DNA of 64,000 bases from an uncultured Gemmatimonadales bacterium (GTDB lineage: Bacteria; Gemmatimonadota; Gemmatimonadetes; Longimicrobiales; RSA9), in the NCBI GenBank assembly GCA_963741945.1, contig CAVUKA010000005.1, forward strand, positions 576,001-640,000. The letters run 5' to 3'. The stretch's first letter is position 1, and each line of letters opens with the position of its first letter. The position numbers and the translations under genes are program-made. Of this stretch, positions 32,335-45,254 are shown piece after piece. The notes below the pieces were generated by a model. That model made no database searches, was not told the origin of the DNA, and saw only the letters and a list, made by a program, of their open reading frames with translations.

Positions 32335-33703
32335 ATGAGCTACGAGCATGGGGGTGAAGGCGCCTCCGTGGGGCCGCGCTGGCTGATGGCGGTCGTGATG
32401 GTGGTGGGGCTGGCGTGGGCCAGCGGGGCAGCCGCGCAGCGGATCATGTCGGAGCCCGGCCAGGTGATCACGCTCGCGAAGGGGGGCTCGGCGCTGCTCA
32501 CGCAGCCGCAGCCGCTCAAGCGGGTGCTGGTGGGTGATCCTTCCATTGCCGACTACGCCCTGGTGTCTCCAGGCGAGCTGGTGGTGAACGCGCTCGCCGT
32601 GGGGTCCACCAGCCTGTTCGTCTGGGAGCAGGACGGCGGCGTCCGCATGTACACCATTGCCGTCAGTCCCGACGTGGGCGCGCTCCAGCGCCAGATGGAC
32701 CAGCTCTTCCCGCAGGCGGACATCCGCATCACCGCCAGCGGCCAGGCGGTGGTGGTCAGCGGCACCGTCCGCGATCCGCGCATCGCGCGCCGCGCCATGG
32801 AGATCCTCCAGAGTGGCGGCGCCGAAGTGATCAACAACCTGGTGGCGCCCTCCGCGCAGCAGGTGCTGCTGCACGTGCGCTTCGCGGAAGTGGACCGCAG
32901 CATCCTGCACAACCTGTCCAGCGACCTGCGCGCGCTCAACCCGCACGAGTTCGGGAACGTGGAGAAAGTGGTGGGGTCGTCGCTGCAGACGCTGTCCGAG
33001 GGGATCGTCCAGCTGCTGCTCCTCGGCGACAACGGCACCGAGCTCGACTGGTTCCTGCGCGCGCTGCGCACGCAGGGCTACTTCAAGAGCCTGGCCGAGC
33101 CGAACCTGGTGGCCATCGAGGGGCAGGAGGCCACGTTCCTGGCGGGCGGCGAGTTCCCGTACCCGTCCGTGCAGGGCGGGCAGAACAGCCAGGTCAGCAT
33201 CCAGTGGAAGGAGTTCGGCATCCGGCTCAACTTCACTCCGCGCATCATGAACGATGGCGGGATCCGGCTCGAAGTGGCCCCGGAAGTGTCCTCCCTGGAT
33301 TTCGCCAACGGCCTGACGTTCTCCGGCTACCAGATCCCGGCGCTGAACACGCGCCGCGCGGAAACGCAGGTGGAGCTGAAGCCCGGGCAGAGCATCGCCA
33401 TTGCCGGGCCTGCTGAACAACGAGCACCAGAAGGACGTGGACCAGATCCCGATCCTGGGGCAGATCCCGATCATCGGCGCCTTCTTCAGCAACCGCTCCA
33501 GCCGCGACACGCAGACCGAGCTGCTGGTGATCGTCACGCCGTACATCGTTCAGCCCAGCGACGCGTCTCCCGCCCTCCCCACGGGCGAGCCGTCCACGTG
33601 GGAGCGCAGCAGGATATTCAACGAGACGGAGCTCCATCTCCCGATCGGCGAGCCGGCGGCCCCGCCCGCTTCCATTCCGGGGGGCGGCGGGCAGGAAGAG
33701 TAG
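32335..33703 (+). CDS. cpaC: Tad secretin CpaC/RcpA (+1 frameshift near 33407, probably assembly error)
   Basis: QVLLHVRFAEV, LAEPNL, FLAGGEFP, EFGIRL; secretin C-terminus (GLL..IPILGQIPIIGAFF..TELLVIVTP) is in the next frame. Confidence 0.9.
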
Positions 33704-33710
33704 GGGAGCC

Positions 33711-34952
33711 ATGAACAAGCACCAGGACGCGGTGGTTTCCGGACGGCGGCAGGGCGTGGCCCTGCCGATCGTCGCGGTCATGTTGATAGGGCTGCTGGCC
33801 ATCATCTCCCTGGCCGTGGACCTCGGAATGGCCTACACCGGCCGCGCCGAGGCCCAGCGCGTTGCGGACGCCGCCGCGCTGGCCGGCGCCAGCGCGTACC
33901 TGGACTTCACGCCCCCGGACGCGCAGGAAACGATCGACGCTGCGGACGCGCGGGCGCACGACTACGTGGCGCGCAACGTCATCCGCAGCGAGCACATCGA
34001 CCAGGACCAGGATGTCCAGGTGGACGTGATGCCGGAGACCCAGCGGGTCCGGGTGTGGGTCCGCCGCCGCGGCCTCGCGACCTGGTTCGCCAAGCTGTTC
34101 GGCGTCGATCAGATCGCCGTCACGGCCGAAGCCACCGCGGAAGCCATGTCCGCCGGCGCCACGAACGATTGCCTCAAGCCGTTCGTGCTCCCCGACCTGT
34201 GGGATGAGAACGACCCGAGCCAGGACACGAACGGCGACAACTGGTGGGATAACGACGAGGACTGGGATTACAATCCAAACGATCCTGAGTTCCCCGATGA
34301 ATATCAGGTCGCCCAAGCGGTCGGTGATACCGCCGCCACGGGATATGGCAGCGCATTCCGGAACGCCACGAGTGACTTCGGCGACGACTACGGCCGCCAG
34401 CTCATGATCAAGCCGGCGGACCCGAACGACCCGAAGATCGCGCGGCCGGGCATCTTCTACCCGTGGCGGATCGGCGAGTCCAGCGGCGCGAGCGATTACA
34501 AGGAGAACATCGTCACGTGCAACCCGGAGAACACGGTGATCGGGGACGGGGACATCGAAACCACGGACGACCAGTACAGCCTGGAGCCCGGGAACATGAT
34601 CGGCCCCACGTTCCAGGGCATCGGCGACCTGATCGCCCTCGATCCGACCGCGCAGTGGCAGCCCGGCCAGGGCCCCGACGGCCAGGGCGCGGTGGTGGGC
34701 TCGGCGTATTCCGACTGGCTGAACCACAGCCCGCGTGTGGTGACCATCGGGCTGGTTGACCCCGGCATGCTGAACCAGGACATCAACCCCTCGGACAAGA
34801 TCGAGTTCAACAACTTCGCCAAGGTCTTCATCGAGGCCCAGCCGAGCCGGAAGGACCCCGTGACCGCCCGGTTCCTCTACTACGTGCAGGGCTCCGGACC
34901 GTCCGGCAAGACGCAGAGCCCGCTCGTCAAGACCATTCGACTTGTCCAGTAG
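33711..34952 (+). CDS. tadG: TadG-like minor pilin/tip adhesin
   Basis: GVALPIVA...LAVDLG...AQRVADAAALAGA; acidic C-terminal domain. Confidence 0.85.
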   Translation: MNKHQDAVVSGRRQGVALPIVAVMLIGLLAIISLAVDLGMAYTGRAEAQRVADAAALAGASAYLDFTPPDAQETIDAADARAHDYVARNVIRSEHIDQDQDVQVDVMPETQRVRVWVRRRGLATWFAKLFGVDQIAVTAEATAEAMSAGATNDCLKPFVLPDLWDENDPSQDTNGDNWWDNDEDWDYNPNDPEFPDEYQVAQAVGDTAATGYGSAFRNATSDFGDDYGRQLMIKPADPNDPKIARPGIFYPWRIGESSGASDYKENIVTCNPENTVIGDGDIETTDDQYSLEPGNMIGPTFQGIGDLIALDPTAQWQPGQGPDGQGAVVGSAYSDWLNHSPRVVTIGLVDPGMLNQDINPSDKIEFNNFAKVFIEAQPSRKDPVTARFLYYVQGSGPSGKTQSPLVKTIRLVQ

Positions 34953-34961
34953 ACGGCCCAA

Positions 34962-36209
34962 ATGGATGATGCCAAGCTGAAGACCGCCGTCATATCGGGG
35001 AGCCGCGAGTTCCGGGAGACCGTGTCCCGGCTGCTCAAGGAGTTCCCCGAGATGCTGCGCGTGGTGAGCGATTTCCCGGTGCCCGCGGGCGACCTCGACA
35101 GCGAGATGCTCGAGGAGCTGCACCGGGACGATCCGGAGCTCATCATCGCGGATTTCAATGGCGACCCGGTCGCGTCGCTGCGCTACATCCGGCTGCTCTC
35201 GGATGCGCGCCCGTCGCGCCTCTTCCTCGGCGCCGGCCCGGAGCTGCCGCCCAAGCTGCTGATCGAAGCGATGCGCGCGGGCGTCTCCGAGTACCTGCCC
35301 ATGCCGGTGGAGCCGCGGCAGCTGGACGAGGCGCTGCGGCGGGTGGGCCGGAAGCTCGGACGCGGCCCGTCGGCGGGGACGAAGGAGGGCGCCCGCATCG
35401 TGGCGTTCGCGGGCGCCAAGGGCGGAACGGGCGCGACCACGGCAGCGGTGAACGCGGCCGTCCACGCGCACGCGCTGACAGGCCGTCGCACGCTGCTGCT
35501 GGACCTGGACGTGGAGTACGGGAGCGTGGGCGTGATGACCGGCGTCGCCCCGAAGTACAGCATCCGGGACCTCGTTTCCAACCTGCACCGGCTCGATGAG
35601 AGCCTGCTGGAATCGCTCATCACCGAGCACGGCTCGGGGGTGCACGTCCTGCCCGCCCCGGTCCAGTGGGACGAAGCGGAGTCCATCCGGCCCGAAGACG
35701 TGCGCACGGTGCTCCGCCTCATCCGCCACCACTACGACATGGTGGTGGTGGACGTGGCGCGCCCCAGCACCCCCCTCGCCCGGGTCGTGCTCGAGCAGGC
35801 GGACGCCATCTACCTGGTCCTGAACGCGGACCTCCCGTCGCTCCGCCACGCGAAGCGGATCATCGCCCAGCTCCAGACCGGGAACGGCCAGTCCCACGAT
35901 CGCGTGCGCGTCATCCTGAACCGCATCACCGCCGGCGGCGAGGAGGTCACGGCGGCGGACGTCGACAAGACGCTGAACGTCCCCGTCGCCTTCAGGCTGC
36001 GGCAGGACGACGCCGCCGTGCTCCGCTCCGTGAACGTGGGCGAGCCGGCGGTCTCGAACGGCTCGCGGTCGAAGTACTGCCAGGACGTGAAGGAGCTGGG
36101 CCTCGAGATCGCCCGGTCGGTGGACCCGGGCATCGAGGAACAGGGGCGCGGCCTCCTTGGCCGGCTGTCCAGGAAGATCGGTGGCAAACGCAGCGGGAGC
36201 GGCTCATGA
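34962..36209 (+). CDS. cpaE: CpaE/TadZ: receiver-like + MinD/ParA ATPase
   Basis: [37 protein letters not shown]. Confidence 0.9.
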   Translation: MDDAKLKTAVISGSREFRETVSRLLKEFPEMLRVVSDFPVPAGDLDSEMLEELHRDDPELIIADFNGDPVASLRYIRLLSDARPSRLFLGAGPELPPKLLIEAMRAGVSEYLPMPVEPRQLDEALRRVGRKLGRGPSAGTKEGARIVAFAGAKGGTGATTAAVNAAVHAHALTGRRTLLLDLDVEYGSVGVMTGVAPKYSIRDLVSNLHRLDESLLESLITEHGSGVHVLPAPVQWDEAESIRPEDVRTVLRLIRHHYDMVVVDVARPSTPLARVVLEQADAIYLVLNADLPSLRHAKRIIAQLQTGNGQSHDRVRVILNRITAGGEEVTAADVDKTLNVPVAFRLRQDDAAVLRSVNVGEPAVSNGSRSKYCQDVKELGLEIARSVDPGIEEQGRGLLGRLSRKIGGKRSGSGS

Positions 36210-37654
36210 GCACGGATGCGGGGGAACAGCAGGTTCGGCAGAAGCGCCCGGACGGAGGCGAGGGCCTCGAGCCGCTGGCGCCGCTCGCGCGGTCGGGCGA
36301 CGCGGGCACGCGGACCATGGAGGACGTGCGCGGGCGGATCCACCGCAAGCTGCTGGAGCGGCTGAACCTGTCCAACCTGGACGGGCTCAGCCGCGAGGAC
36401 GCGGCCGCGTCCATCAAGCCGGAGATCCAGAGCCTCCTGAGCGCCGAGGGCGTGGCGCTGAACCTGGAGGAGCGGGAGAAGCTGACGCAGCAGGTCCTGG
36501 ACGAGATTTTCGGCCTCGGCCCGCTCGAGCCGCTCATGAAGGACCCGGACGTCTCCGACATCCTGGTCAACACGCACGCCCAGGTGGTGGTGGAGAAGTA
36601 CGGCAAGCTGGAGCCCACGAACGTGCGCTTCCGCAACGATGCCCATCTCATGCAGATCATCGACCGCATCGTGTCCGCCGTGGGCCGCCGCATCGACGAT
36701 TCTTCGCCCATGGTGGACGCGCGGCTCCCGGACGGCTCGCGCGTCAACGCCATCATCCCGCCGCTGGCGCTGGACGGGCCGCACCTCTCCATCCGGAAGT
36801 TCAAGCGGGACACGCTTTCCGGTGACGACCTCCTGCGCAGCCGGAGCTTGACCGAGCCGATGCTCGAGCTGCTCCGCGCCGTGATCCAGGCGAGGCTGAA
36901 CGTCCTGATCTCCGGCGGCACGGGCGCGGGCAAGACCACGCTGCTGAACATCCTGACGTCCTACATCCCGGCGAACGAGCGGATCGTGACCATCGAGGAC
37001 TCCGCCGAGCTCCAGCTCCGCCAGCCGCACGTGGTGCGCCTGGAGACGCGGCCGGCGAACCTCGAGGGGCGGGGCGAGGTGGCGCAGCGGATGCTCCTGG
37101 TGAACGCGCTCCGCATGCGCCCCGACCGGATCATCGTGGGCGAAGTCCGAGGCGGTGAAGCGGTGGACATGCTCCAGGCCATGAACACCGGCCACGACGG
37201 CTCCATCACCACGCTGCACGCGAACACGGCCCGGGACGCGCTGAGCCGGCTGGAGACCATGATCTCCATGGCCAACCTGCGGCTGCCGGAAAAGGCCATG
37301 CGGCAGCAGGTGGCCTCGGCCATCAACGTGGTGATCCAGCTCAGCCGCCTCTCCGACGGCTCCCGCAAGGTGACCTCGGTCTCGGAGATCGTCGGCATGG
37401 AAGGCGACGTCATCACCATGCAGGACATCTTCCAGTTCGAGCGTCAGGGGATCAACGAGGAGGGCGACGTGGTGGGTCGCTTTCGCTCCACCGGGATCCG
37501 CCCGCGCTTCTCCGACCGGCTCAAGGCGCACGGCATCAACCTCGGCGAGCTGCTCTTCTCGAACACCGACGGTCCGGCGGCGCAGGAGAGCCTGCGATCG
37601 CTGCGCGCCGAAGCGGCACCGGGGCCCGGCCGCTCGCTCAAGGAGTGGTCATGA
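36206..37654 (+). CDS. cpaF: Tad pilus motor ATPase CpaF/TadA
   Basis: [53 protein letters not shown]. Confidence 0.97.
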   Translation: MSTDAGEQQVRQKRPDGGEGLEPLAPLARSGDAGTRTMEDVRGRIHRKLLERLNLSNLDGLSREDAAASIKPEIQSLLSAEGVALNLEEREKLTQQVLDEIFGLGPLEPLMKDPDVSDILVNTHAQVVVEKYGKLEPTNVRFRNDAHLMQIIDRIVSAVGRRIDDSSPMVDARLPDGSRVNAIIPPLALDGPHLSIRKFKRDTLSGDDLLRSRSLTEPMLELLRAVIQARLNVLISGGTGAGKTTLLNILTSYIPANERIVTIEDSAELQLRQPHVVRLETRPANLEGRGEVAQRMLLVNALRMRPDRIIVGEVRGGEAVDMLQAMNTGHDGSITTLHANTARDALSRLETMISMANLRLPEKAMRQQVASAINVVIQLSRLSDGSRKVTSVSEIVGMEGDVITMQDIFQFERQGINEEGDVVGRFRSTGIRPRFSDRLKAHGINLGELLFSNTDGPAAQESLRSLRAEAAPGPGRSLKEWS

Positions 37655-38628
37655 GTCCCTGGATCCCCACCATCCTCGTCTTCGTGGCGGCGGCGTTCGC
37701 CACCGTGGCGGTGGTCCTCGTCCTGGAGGGCGGGCGGGCGTGGTACCGCCGGCGCGACGTGACGCGGCGGGTGGACGACATGCTGACGGGGCGCGCCGAC
37801 CTGCCCGCGGACGCCACGGGCTCGCTCTTCCGCGAGCGGCGCCCGGAGGCGGGCGGCCTCGAGCTGCTCGTCGCCCGGTTGCCGAAGATCCGGGACGTGC
37901 CGGTGCTCCTCGAGCACGCGCGCAGCACGTGGAGCATGAACACGTTCGTTTTCCTGACCATCGGGCTCGCGGTGGCGTTCGGCCTGGCGGCCATGACCGC
38001 GGGGGCCGGCCCGATCGTGGCCGCGATCCTGGCCCTGGTGGGCGCGTGGCTCCCCTACGCCTGGCTGAAGCTTAAGAAGTCGCGCCACCTGAACCGGTTC
38101 GAGGAAGCGTTCCCGGAAGCCATCGACATGCTCGGGCGCGCCATCCGGGCCGGCCACCCCCTCTCCGCCGGGATCCAGATGGTGGGGCAGGAGATGCCGG
38201 ACCCCGTGGGCGGCGAGTTCCGCACGCTTTCCGAGGAGTCCCGCTTCGGCGTGCCGTTCGCCGAGGCCATGATGGGGATGGTGGACCGCGTGGACCTGGT
38301 GGACGTGCGCATCTTCTCCACCGCCATCCTGGTCCAGCGCGAGGTGGGCGGCAACCTGGCGGAGATCCTGGACAACATCTCGAACATGATCCGCTCGCGC
38401 TTCAAGATCCGGCGCCAGCTGCGCACGTACACGGCGCAGGGCCGGATGAGCGGGATCGTGGTGGGGCTCATGCCCCTCGTGGTGGGCGTCGCCTTCTATT
38501 TCCTGAATCCGGAATACGTCCGGCTCCTGTTCGAGCACCCGATCGGCCGGGTGATGCTGGCGTTCGCCGTGGTCATGCAGATCTTCGGCTACTTCTGGAT
38601 CCGCAAGATCGTCAACATCGAGATCTGA
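37651..38628 (+). CDS. tadB: Tad inner-membrane platform protein TadB
   Basis: [26 protein letters not shown]. Confidence 0.93.
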   Translation: MSPWIPTILVFVAAAFATVAVVLVLEGGRAWYRRRDVTRRVDDMLTGRADLPADATGSLFRERRPEAGGLELLVARLPKIRDVPVLLEHARSTWSMNTFVFLTIGLAVAFGLAAMTAGAGPIVAAILALVGAWLPYAWLKLKKSRHLNRFEEAFPEAIDMLGRAIRAGHPLSAGIQMVGQEMPDPVGGEFRTLSEESRFGVPFAEAMMGMVDRVDLVDVRIFSTAILVQREVGGNLAEILDNISNMIRSRFKIRRQLRTYTAQGRMSGIVVGLMPLVVGVAFYFLNPEYVRLLFEHPIGRVMLAFAVVMQIFGYFWIRKIVNIEI

Positions 38629-38629
38629 C

Positions 38630-39556
38630 ATGATTTCACTCATTGCGCTCAGCGCGGCCGTGGCCATCGGGCTGGTGGTCTACCTGATCGGACAGCTCAT
38701 CCCGGCTCGCTCCGCGGCCGTCGACCGGCGGGTGACGGAAGTGGCCACGCTGTCGGAGGCCGCCGAGGCGGTCCAGCGCCGCCGCCGCCAGGAGCAGCGT
38801 CAGCAGCTCGAGGACCTGCTCGAGGTGGTGGGGCGGCAGCTCAAGGGCTACACCGCGGAATCGGAAGCGACCCGCGAGCTGCTCACCCACGCGGGCTACC
38901 GCAGCCCGAAGGCCGGGCCGATCTACTGGGGGCTCCGCTTCACGTCCGCGGCCGTCCTCGCCATCGGCGCGAGCGTGGTGCTGCCGATGGTGGGCGCGAA
39001 GGCAGCGATCACGGTCCTGGTGTCCGTGTACGTGGCCGCCATGGGCTTCGTGCTGCCGCTGCTCGTGGTCCGGGCCAGGGCGCGGCGCCGGCAGAAGGAG
39101 ATCGTGCTCGCCCTCCCCGACGCGCTCGACCTGCTGGTGGTGTGCGTGGAAGCGGGGCTCGGGCTGAACCAGGCGTTCGTGCGCGTGGCCGACGAGATCC
39201 ACCCGCTGAGCCAGACCATGGCCGCGGAGCTCCACCTCCTCAACCTGGAGATCCGGGCGGGGAAGCCGCGGGAGGAAGCGCTCAGGAACGTCTACAACCG
39301 GACGGGCGTCGACGACCTCCGCTCCCTCACGCTCATGCTGATCCAGGCGGACCGCTTCGGCACGTCCATCGCCCACGCGCTCCGCGTCCACTCCGAGACG
39401 CTGCGTGACAAGCGGCGGCAGCGGGCGGAGGAGGCCGCGGCCAAGACCGCCATCAAGCTCATCTTCCCGCTCGTGCTCTGCATCTTCCCGGCGATGTTCG
39501 TGGTGCTGGTCGGGCCCGGCCTGATCCAGATCATCGAAACGCTCGGCAGCATGTAG
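38630..39556 (+). CDS. tadC: Tad inner-membrane platform protein TadC
   Basis: LPDALDLLVVCVEAGLGL, QADRFGTSI, AEEAAAK..KLIFPL. Confidence 0.93.
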   Translation: MISLIALSAAVAIGLVVYLIGQLIPARSAAVDRRVTEVATLSEAAEAVQRRRRQEQRQQLEDLLEVVGRQLKGYTAESEATRELLTHAGYRSPKAGPIYWGLRFTSAAVLAIGASVVLPMVGAKAAITVLVSVYVAAMGFVLPLLVVRARARRRQKEIVLALPDALDLLVVCVEAGLGLNQAFVRVADEIHPLSQTMAAELHLLNLEIRAGKPREEALRNVYNRTGVDDLRSLTLMLIQADRFGTSIAHALRVHSETLRDKRRQRAEEAAAKTAIKLIFPLVLCIFPAMFVVLVGPGLIQIIETLGSM

Positions 39557-39574
39557 CCGGAGATTCGAACCGAC

Positions 39575-40007
39575 ATGCGAGCGCTGCGCGTGGAGAACCG
39601 GACCAGGGATACCGTGCTCGGCACGCGCATCCGGCTGGCGGACGACCTGTTCGGCCGGCTCCGGGGCTTCCTGCTGCGCCCGGCGCCGGAGCCCGGGGAA
39701 GGGATCCTGCTCAGCCCCTGCCAGGGCGTGCACATGTTCGGCGTGCGCTATCCCCTGGACGTCCTGTTCATCGACGAGAGCGGTCGCATCCTGCGCGTCT
39801 ACGAGGGGCTGCGTCCCTGGCGCTGGACCCCCGTCCACGGCGAGGCGTCGTACGCGCTGGAGCTCCCGCCCGGCACCGTCCGGGAAACGGGTACGCGCAT
39901 CGGGGATGCGCTGACCTGGCTTCCCAACAGTGATGCCAGCGGTCCGCCGCGGGAGCGGCAGTCACCGCGGGAGTCGGGCTCCGGCTCCCGCAGAACCGGA
40001 AAGCGGT

Positions 40008-40021
<14 letters not shown>
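39575..40021 (+). CDS. DUF192 family protein
   Basis: LADDLFGRLRG, VHMFGVRYPLDVLFID, ALELPPG. Confidence 0.85.
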
Positions 40022-41381
<1,360 letters not shown>

Positions 41382-41383
41382 GC

Positions 41384-42031
41384 ATGGCCGAAATGGATCA
41401 GAAGACCGAGCCCATGGAGATGCCGCCCGAGCTGGTCCGGGAGTTCAGGGACCTGGTCTCGGAGCGGGTGCGCGTCGAGACCGCGGCCATCCGGCGGAGG
41501 ATGAAGGTGCTCGGCTGGTTCGCCGTGGTCCTGGCGCTGGTCGCGGCCGCCGGCACCGCCGGCGTCCTCTACTACGCTTTCTACCAGGGGCTCCCGGTCC
41601 TCACGTCTCCCACCGTCCGCACGCGCGAGGTGGTGCTCATGGGGGCGGACGGGAAGGCGCGCGGCTACTGGCGCGTGGACGAGGAGGGCGCGGCCCGCTT
41701 CGCCCTCACGGATCCCCGCGGCGTGGACCGGCTGAAGCTGACCCTGAAGACCAACGGGGAGCAGGGCGTCTCCATGGCCGACTCCACCGGCGCGGCGCGC
41801 GTGGTGCTGGGCTTCCTCGACGACCAGAGCGGCACGCTCGGCTTCGCGGATGGCCGCGGCCAGACCCGGGGCGTCCTGGGCCTCACGCCGGACGGCGAGA
41901 CCTCGCTCCTCTTCGCCGACCAGAACGGCGGCACGCGGGCGGTCCTGGGCGTGCGGGCGGACGGCGAGCCGGAGTTCTGGTGGCCGGCCCTTCAGCAGGG
42001 GCAGACCGACACGGCCGGCGGCAGTCGCTGA
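41384..42031 (+). CDS. Single-pass membrane protein with ~23-aa beta-repeats
   Basis: TM near the N-terminus, then about 5 repeats of D-x2-G-x2-R-x2-LG-x3-DG. Confidence 0.75.
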   Translation: MAEMDQKTEPMEMPPELVREFRDLVSERVRVETAAIRRRMKVLGWFAVVLALVAAAGTAGVLYYAFYQGLPVLTSPTVRTREVVLMGADGKARGYWRVDEEGAARFALTDPRGVDRLKLTLKTNGEQGVSMADSTGAARVVLGFLDDQSGTLGFADGRGQTRGVLGLTPDGETSLLFADQNGGTRAVLGVRADGEPEFWWPALQQGQTDTAGGSR

Positions 42032-42077
42032 CATTCCACGGATCTGACTCCACCACCCATCACACGGATAACGGCGC

Positions 42078-43586
42078 ATGCGGTCAACTGGCGTGGAGGC
42101 ACTGGAATCACGGCTCGGCGGGATCGACCCGAGCGGGGCTTTCCTGGTCGCGGGGCCGGAGGGGGTGGGGAAGAGCGTGCTCGGGCTCCACTTCCTCATC
42201 GCCGGTCTCGAGCAGCAGGAGCACTGCATCCTGGTCACCGCCAGCGACGCGGGCATGGTGGACGGGCGCGGCCTGTACATGGGCTTCAGCCCCGGCTCCA
42301 TCTCCGAGCACCCCTCGCTGCAGGTGGTGGACATCCGTGACGCCATCTCGCGGCTCGGCGTGTGGCGCGAGCGCCACGCACCCGTGGAAGCGCTCAAGCG
42401 GCTGGTCGGCCAGGGGCCGCGCCCCGTCACGCGCATCGTCATCGACGAGCTGCGCCACTTCCTCCAGGACTCGCACACGCCCCAGGCCACGGCACGGGCG
42501 CTCATGAGCTTCCTGGCCGGGTCCGGCGCGTCCGCCTACCTCATCGCCAGCAACGCCGACATGACGGCGCTCCCCGATGACGTGCTCCGCACCATCGAGG
42601 GCGAGGCGGCGGCCGTGCTGGAGATGGAGCCGCTGGGCCGCGGCCGCAAGCGCATCTCGTTCCGGAGCGTGCGGCAGAACAGCTTCTCCACCGAGCCGTT
42701 CCTCTACACGCTGCGCACGGGCGGCGGGATCGCGGAAGACCTGCCCGCGTACGAGCGCGAGGTCCGCACGTCGCTCCGTGGCACCATCGCAATCCTGGAC
42801 GAAGCGGGCGTGCTGCCGGGCGAAGTGGTGCAGGCGCTCTCCACCAGCTTCGAAGTGGAGCTGTACAACGAGCTCCAGGGCTCGCTGGTCAAGCTCCTGG
42901 AAGCCCGCTACGGCGTGCTGGTGCTGGGCGTGGACCCGTACGACCCGGAGCGCGCGTTCAACCTGACCTACACGCTCCGCAAGGCGGGCAACGGCGCGCC
43001 CATCCTCTTCGTGGCACCCAGCCGCGGGCTGCGCAGCATGACCCGCTCGCGCGGGCTCCGCATGGGCGGCGACGATTTCGTCCTCTCCGAGCTCCCGCCC
43101 GCCGAGATCGTGGAGCGGATCCGGATCAGCGCGGCCCGGGGGCACCACCGGCGCAACGGCTCGGTCCGTCCCGACCGGCAGCTGCAGCCGCGGAACGAGG
43201 CCGGCGAGCTGCGCCCGATGAAGGCGCACGAGATGGCGCTGGCCGTGCGCGAGCTCGTCGACGAAGCGCCCACGCCCTTCTTCGCCCTGGCGCTGCTGGA
43301 CACCCGCGAGCTGCTCAGCCCCACCGAGCTGTGGGAGTCGCTGCGTCGCCAGGCCCGGCTCAACGACGGGGACCTGGTCTCCATCCTCCCCGACGGCCGC
43401 GTGGCGCTGCTCATCAACCAGGTCGACCAGCACCTGGCGAACCGCGTCCTCACGCGCATCCAGCGCTCGCACCCGGCGCTTCAGAACATCCTCGAAACCA
43501 GGGTCCTCACCAGCCCGCTGGAGGAGTCCGAGATCGAGCGCTGGGCCACGCAGATCGGGCTGAAGAAGCTGGAAGCCGGAGGCTGA
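42078..43586 (+). CDS. KaiC/RAD55-like ATPase + pseudo-receiver + degenerate GGDEF-like domain (paralog 2)
   Basis: STGVEAL, GPEGVGKS, RIVIDE; YGVLVLGVDPY, GNGAPILF, GGDDF; RLNDGDLVSILPDGRVALLI. Confidence 0.8.
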   Translation: MRSTGVEALESRLGGIDPSGAFLVAGPEGVGKSVLGLHFLIAGLEQQEHCILVTASDAGMVDGRGLYMGFSPGSISEHPSLQVVDIRDAISRLGVWRERHAPVEALKRLVGQGPRPVTRIVIDELRHFLQDSHTPQATARALMSFLAGSGASAYLIASNADMTALPDDVLRTIEGEAAAVLEMEPLGRGRKRISFRSVRQNSFSTEPFLYTLRTGGGIAEDLPAYEREVRTSLRGTIAILDEAGVLPGEVVQALSTSFEVELYNELQGSLVKLLEARYGVLVLGVDPYDPERAFNLTYTLRKAGNGAPILFVAPSRGLRSMTRSRGLRMGGDDFVLSELPPAEIVERIRISAARGHHRRNGSVRPDRQLQPRNEAGELRPMKAHEMALAVRELVDEAPTPFFALALLDTRELLSPTELWESLRRQARLNDGDLVSILPDGRVALLINQVDQHLANRVLTRIQRSHPALQNILETRVLTSPLEESEIERWATQIGLKKLEAGG

Positions 43587-43596
43587 GGAGGCAGCT

Positions 43597-43992
43597 TCAG
43601 CCGGACGTCCCGGACCGCTCCTCTCTGCCCTCCCACCGCCCCGACTGGATCCGCCGGTCCGGGACGAGGCCGGGCCCCAGCCCGGGGCCCGCCACGTACG
43701 TCCAGCACCCTCGCCCGTCCACTTCCACGCCCACGCGACGGAACAGGCCCTCGGCCACGCCCTCGTAGCGATCCAGGTCCGGGAGGGCGTGGGCCGGGCA
43801 GCGCCAGATCTCGCCGGAAATGCGGTCGTCGCCGGCCAGGAGGAGGGCCGGGTAGTCGCCGACATCGTACAGCGTGCCGCGCACGGAGCCCGGGCCGACG
43901 CGCTCGCAGCGGGCGAGGAGCGCGCGCGCTTCCGCCGACGCCGCCCCCGCTTTCAGTGACCCGTAGGTGAACAGGTGGAACAGCCCCTTCAT
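43597..43992 (-). CDS. Gamma-glutamylcyclotransferase (AIG2-like)
   Basis: FTYGSLK, YPAL, GEIW, LDRYEG. Confidence 0.9.
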   Translation of the reverse strand: MKGLFHLFTYGSLKAGAASAEARALLARCERVGPGSVRGTLYDVGDYPALLLAGDDRISGEIWRCPAHALPDLDRYEGVAEGLFRRVGVEVDGRGCWTYVAGPGLGPGLVPDRRIQSGRWEGREERSGTSG

Positions 43993-44005
43993 CCGACCTC
44001 CTCCA

Positions 44006-45247
44006 TCACGACAGCGCGCTCCACAGCGCCCGCAGCCCCAGCACGAGCGTGACCAGTACCACGGCCCCGCCCGCCAGGTTCATCACTCGCCCGTTCGCCC
44101 GCTCGCCCATGGCCGCACGGTCGTTCGCGGCCACGAGCAGGAAGACCGCGAGCGCCGGCAGCAGGATCCCGTTGGCCACCTGGGCGAACAGGATGGCGGG
44201 GACCGGCCGCACGCCCAGCCCGGCGAACACGATCCCGGCCGCGAGCACGCCCATCCACACGGCCCGGAACCTGACATCGTCGAAGCGGCGGGGCCAGCCG
44301 AGCGCGCCGGCCGTGGCGTAGGCGGCGGCGAGCGGCGCCGTGATCGCCGACGTCAGCCCGGCCGCGAGCAGCCCGGCGGCGAAGAAGTACTTCGCCCACG
44401 ACCCCAGGAGCGGCTCCAGCTGGACGGCCATGTCCGCGGCACCGTGGATCCCCGCCGCTCCCCCCGCGTCCGCCGCCATGGCGGCCGCGGTGGCGACGAT
44501 CGCCATGGAAACCGCGGCGCCGATGATGATGCTGACGCCCAGGTCGATCCGGGCCGCGTTCAGGTCCTCGGGCCCGGCGAACCGCTCCCGGACCGCAGCC
44601 GCGTGCAGGAACAGGTTGTACGGCACCACGGTGGTGCCCACGAGCCCCGCCACGTACAGCACGCCCGCGCCGCCTGGGATGCCTGGGACGAACATGCCGT
44701 GCAGCAGACTGGCCAGCGGCGGGCGCGTGACCACGGCAGTGGCGAGGAACGCCATGGACATGAGCCCCACGAGCACCACCAGCACCCGCTCCACCACCCG
44801 GTAGCTGCCGGTCCGCAGCAGCAGGTAGGCCGCGAGCCCGGCGAGGATCGCCCAGGTCCGCGGCGTGGCGCCCCAGACCGCTTCGGCGCCGAGGCCGGCA
44901 CCCAGGAGGTTGCCCGTTTCGTACGCGGCGTTCCCGAGCGCGATGGCCGCGATCACGAGCCCCACCGCCGCGCCGCGCGAGAACCGCCCCGTGAACCGCC
45001 GCCGCACCGCCTCGCCCAGCCCCTCCCCCGTGACCAGCCCCAGGCGCGCGGCCATCTCCTGGAGCACCAGCGTGGCCAGCAGCGAGAACGTGAGCGCCCA
45101 CAGCAGCGCGTAGCCGTAGCCCACCCCCGCGAGCGTGGCCGTGGTCACGGTACCGGGGCCGATGAACGCCGCCGCCACCACGGCACCCGGGCCGAAGCGG
45201 ATGCGACGCCGACTCCTCGCGGGAGCGGCCGCGGCCGACGCCTTCAC
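44006..45247 (-). CDS. Nramp-family (YcsG-like) divalent metal transporter
   Basis: GPGAVVAAAFIGPGTVTT, LQEMAARLG, GTTVVPYNLFLH. Confidence 0.88.
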   Translation of the reverse strand: MKASAAAAPARSRRRIRFGPGAVVAAAFIGPGTVTTATLAGVGYGYALLWALTFSLLATLVLQEMAARLGLVTGEGLGEAVRRRFTGRFSRGAAVGLVIAAIALGNAAYETGNLLGAGLGAEAVWGATPRTWAILAGLAAYLLLRTGSYRVVERVLVVLVGLMSMAFLATAVVTRPPLASLLHGMFVPGIPGGAGVLYVAGLVGTTVVPYNLFLHAAAVRERFAGPEDLNAARIDLGVSIIIGAAVSMAIVATAAAMAADAGGAAGIHGAADMAVQLEPLLGSWAKYFFAAGLLAAGLTSAITAPLAAAYATAGALGWPRRFDDVRFRAVWMGVLAAGIVFAGLGVRPVPAILFAQVANGILLPALAVFLLVAANDRAAMGERANGRVMNLAGGAVVLVTLVLGLRALWSALS

Positions 45248-45254
45248 CCGGCCT

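Noticed and set aside
33395-33415. Programmed frameshift in the secretin
   Set aside because: No slippery heptamer is seen; an extra G in a short G-run fits an indel error like those elsewhere in the window
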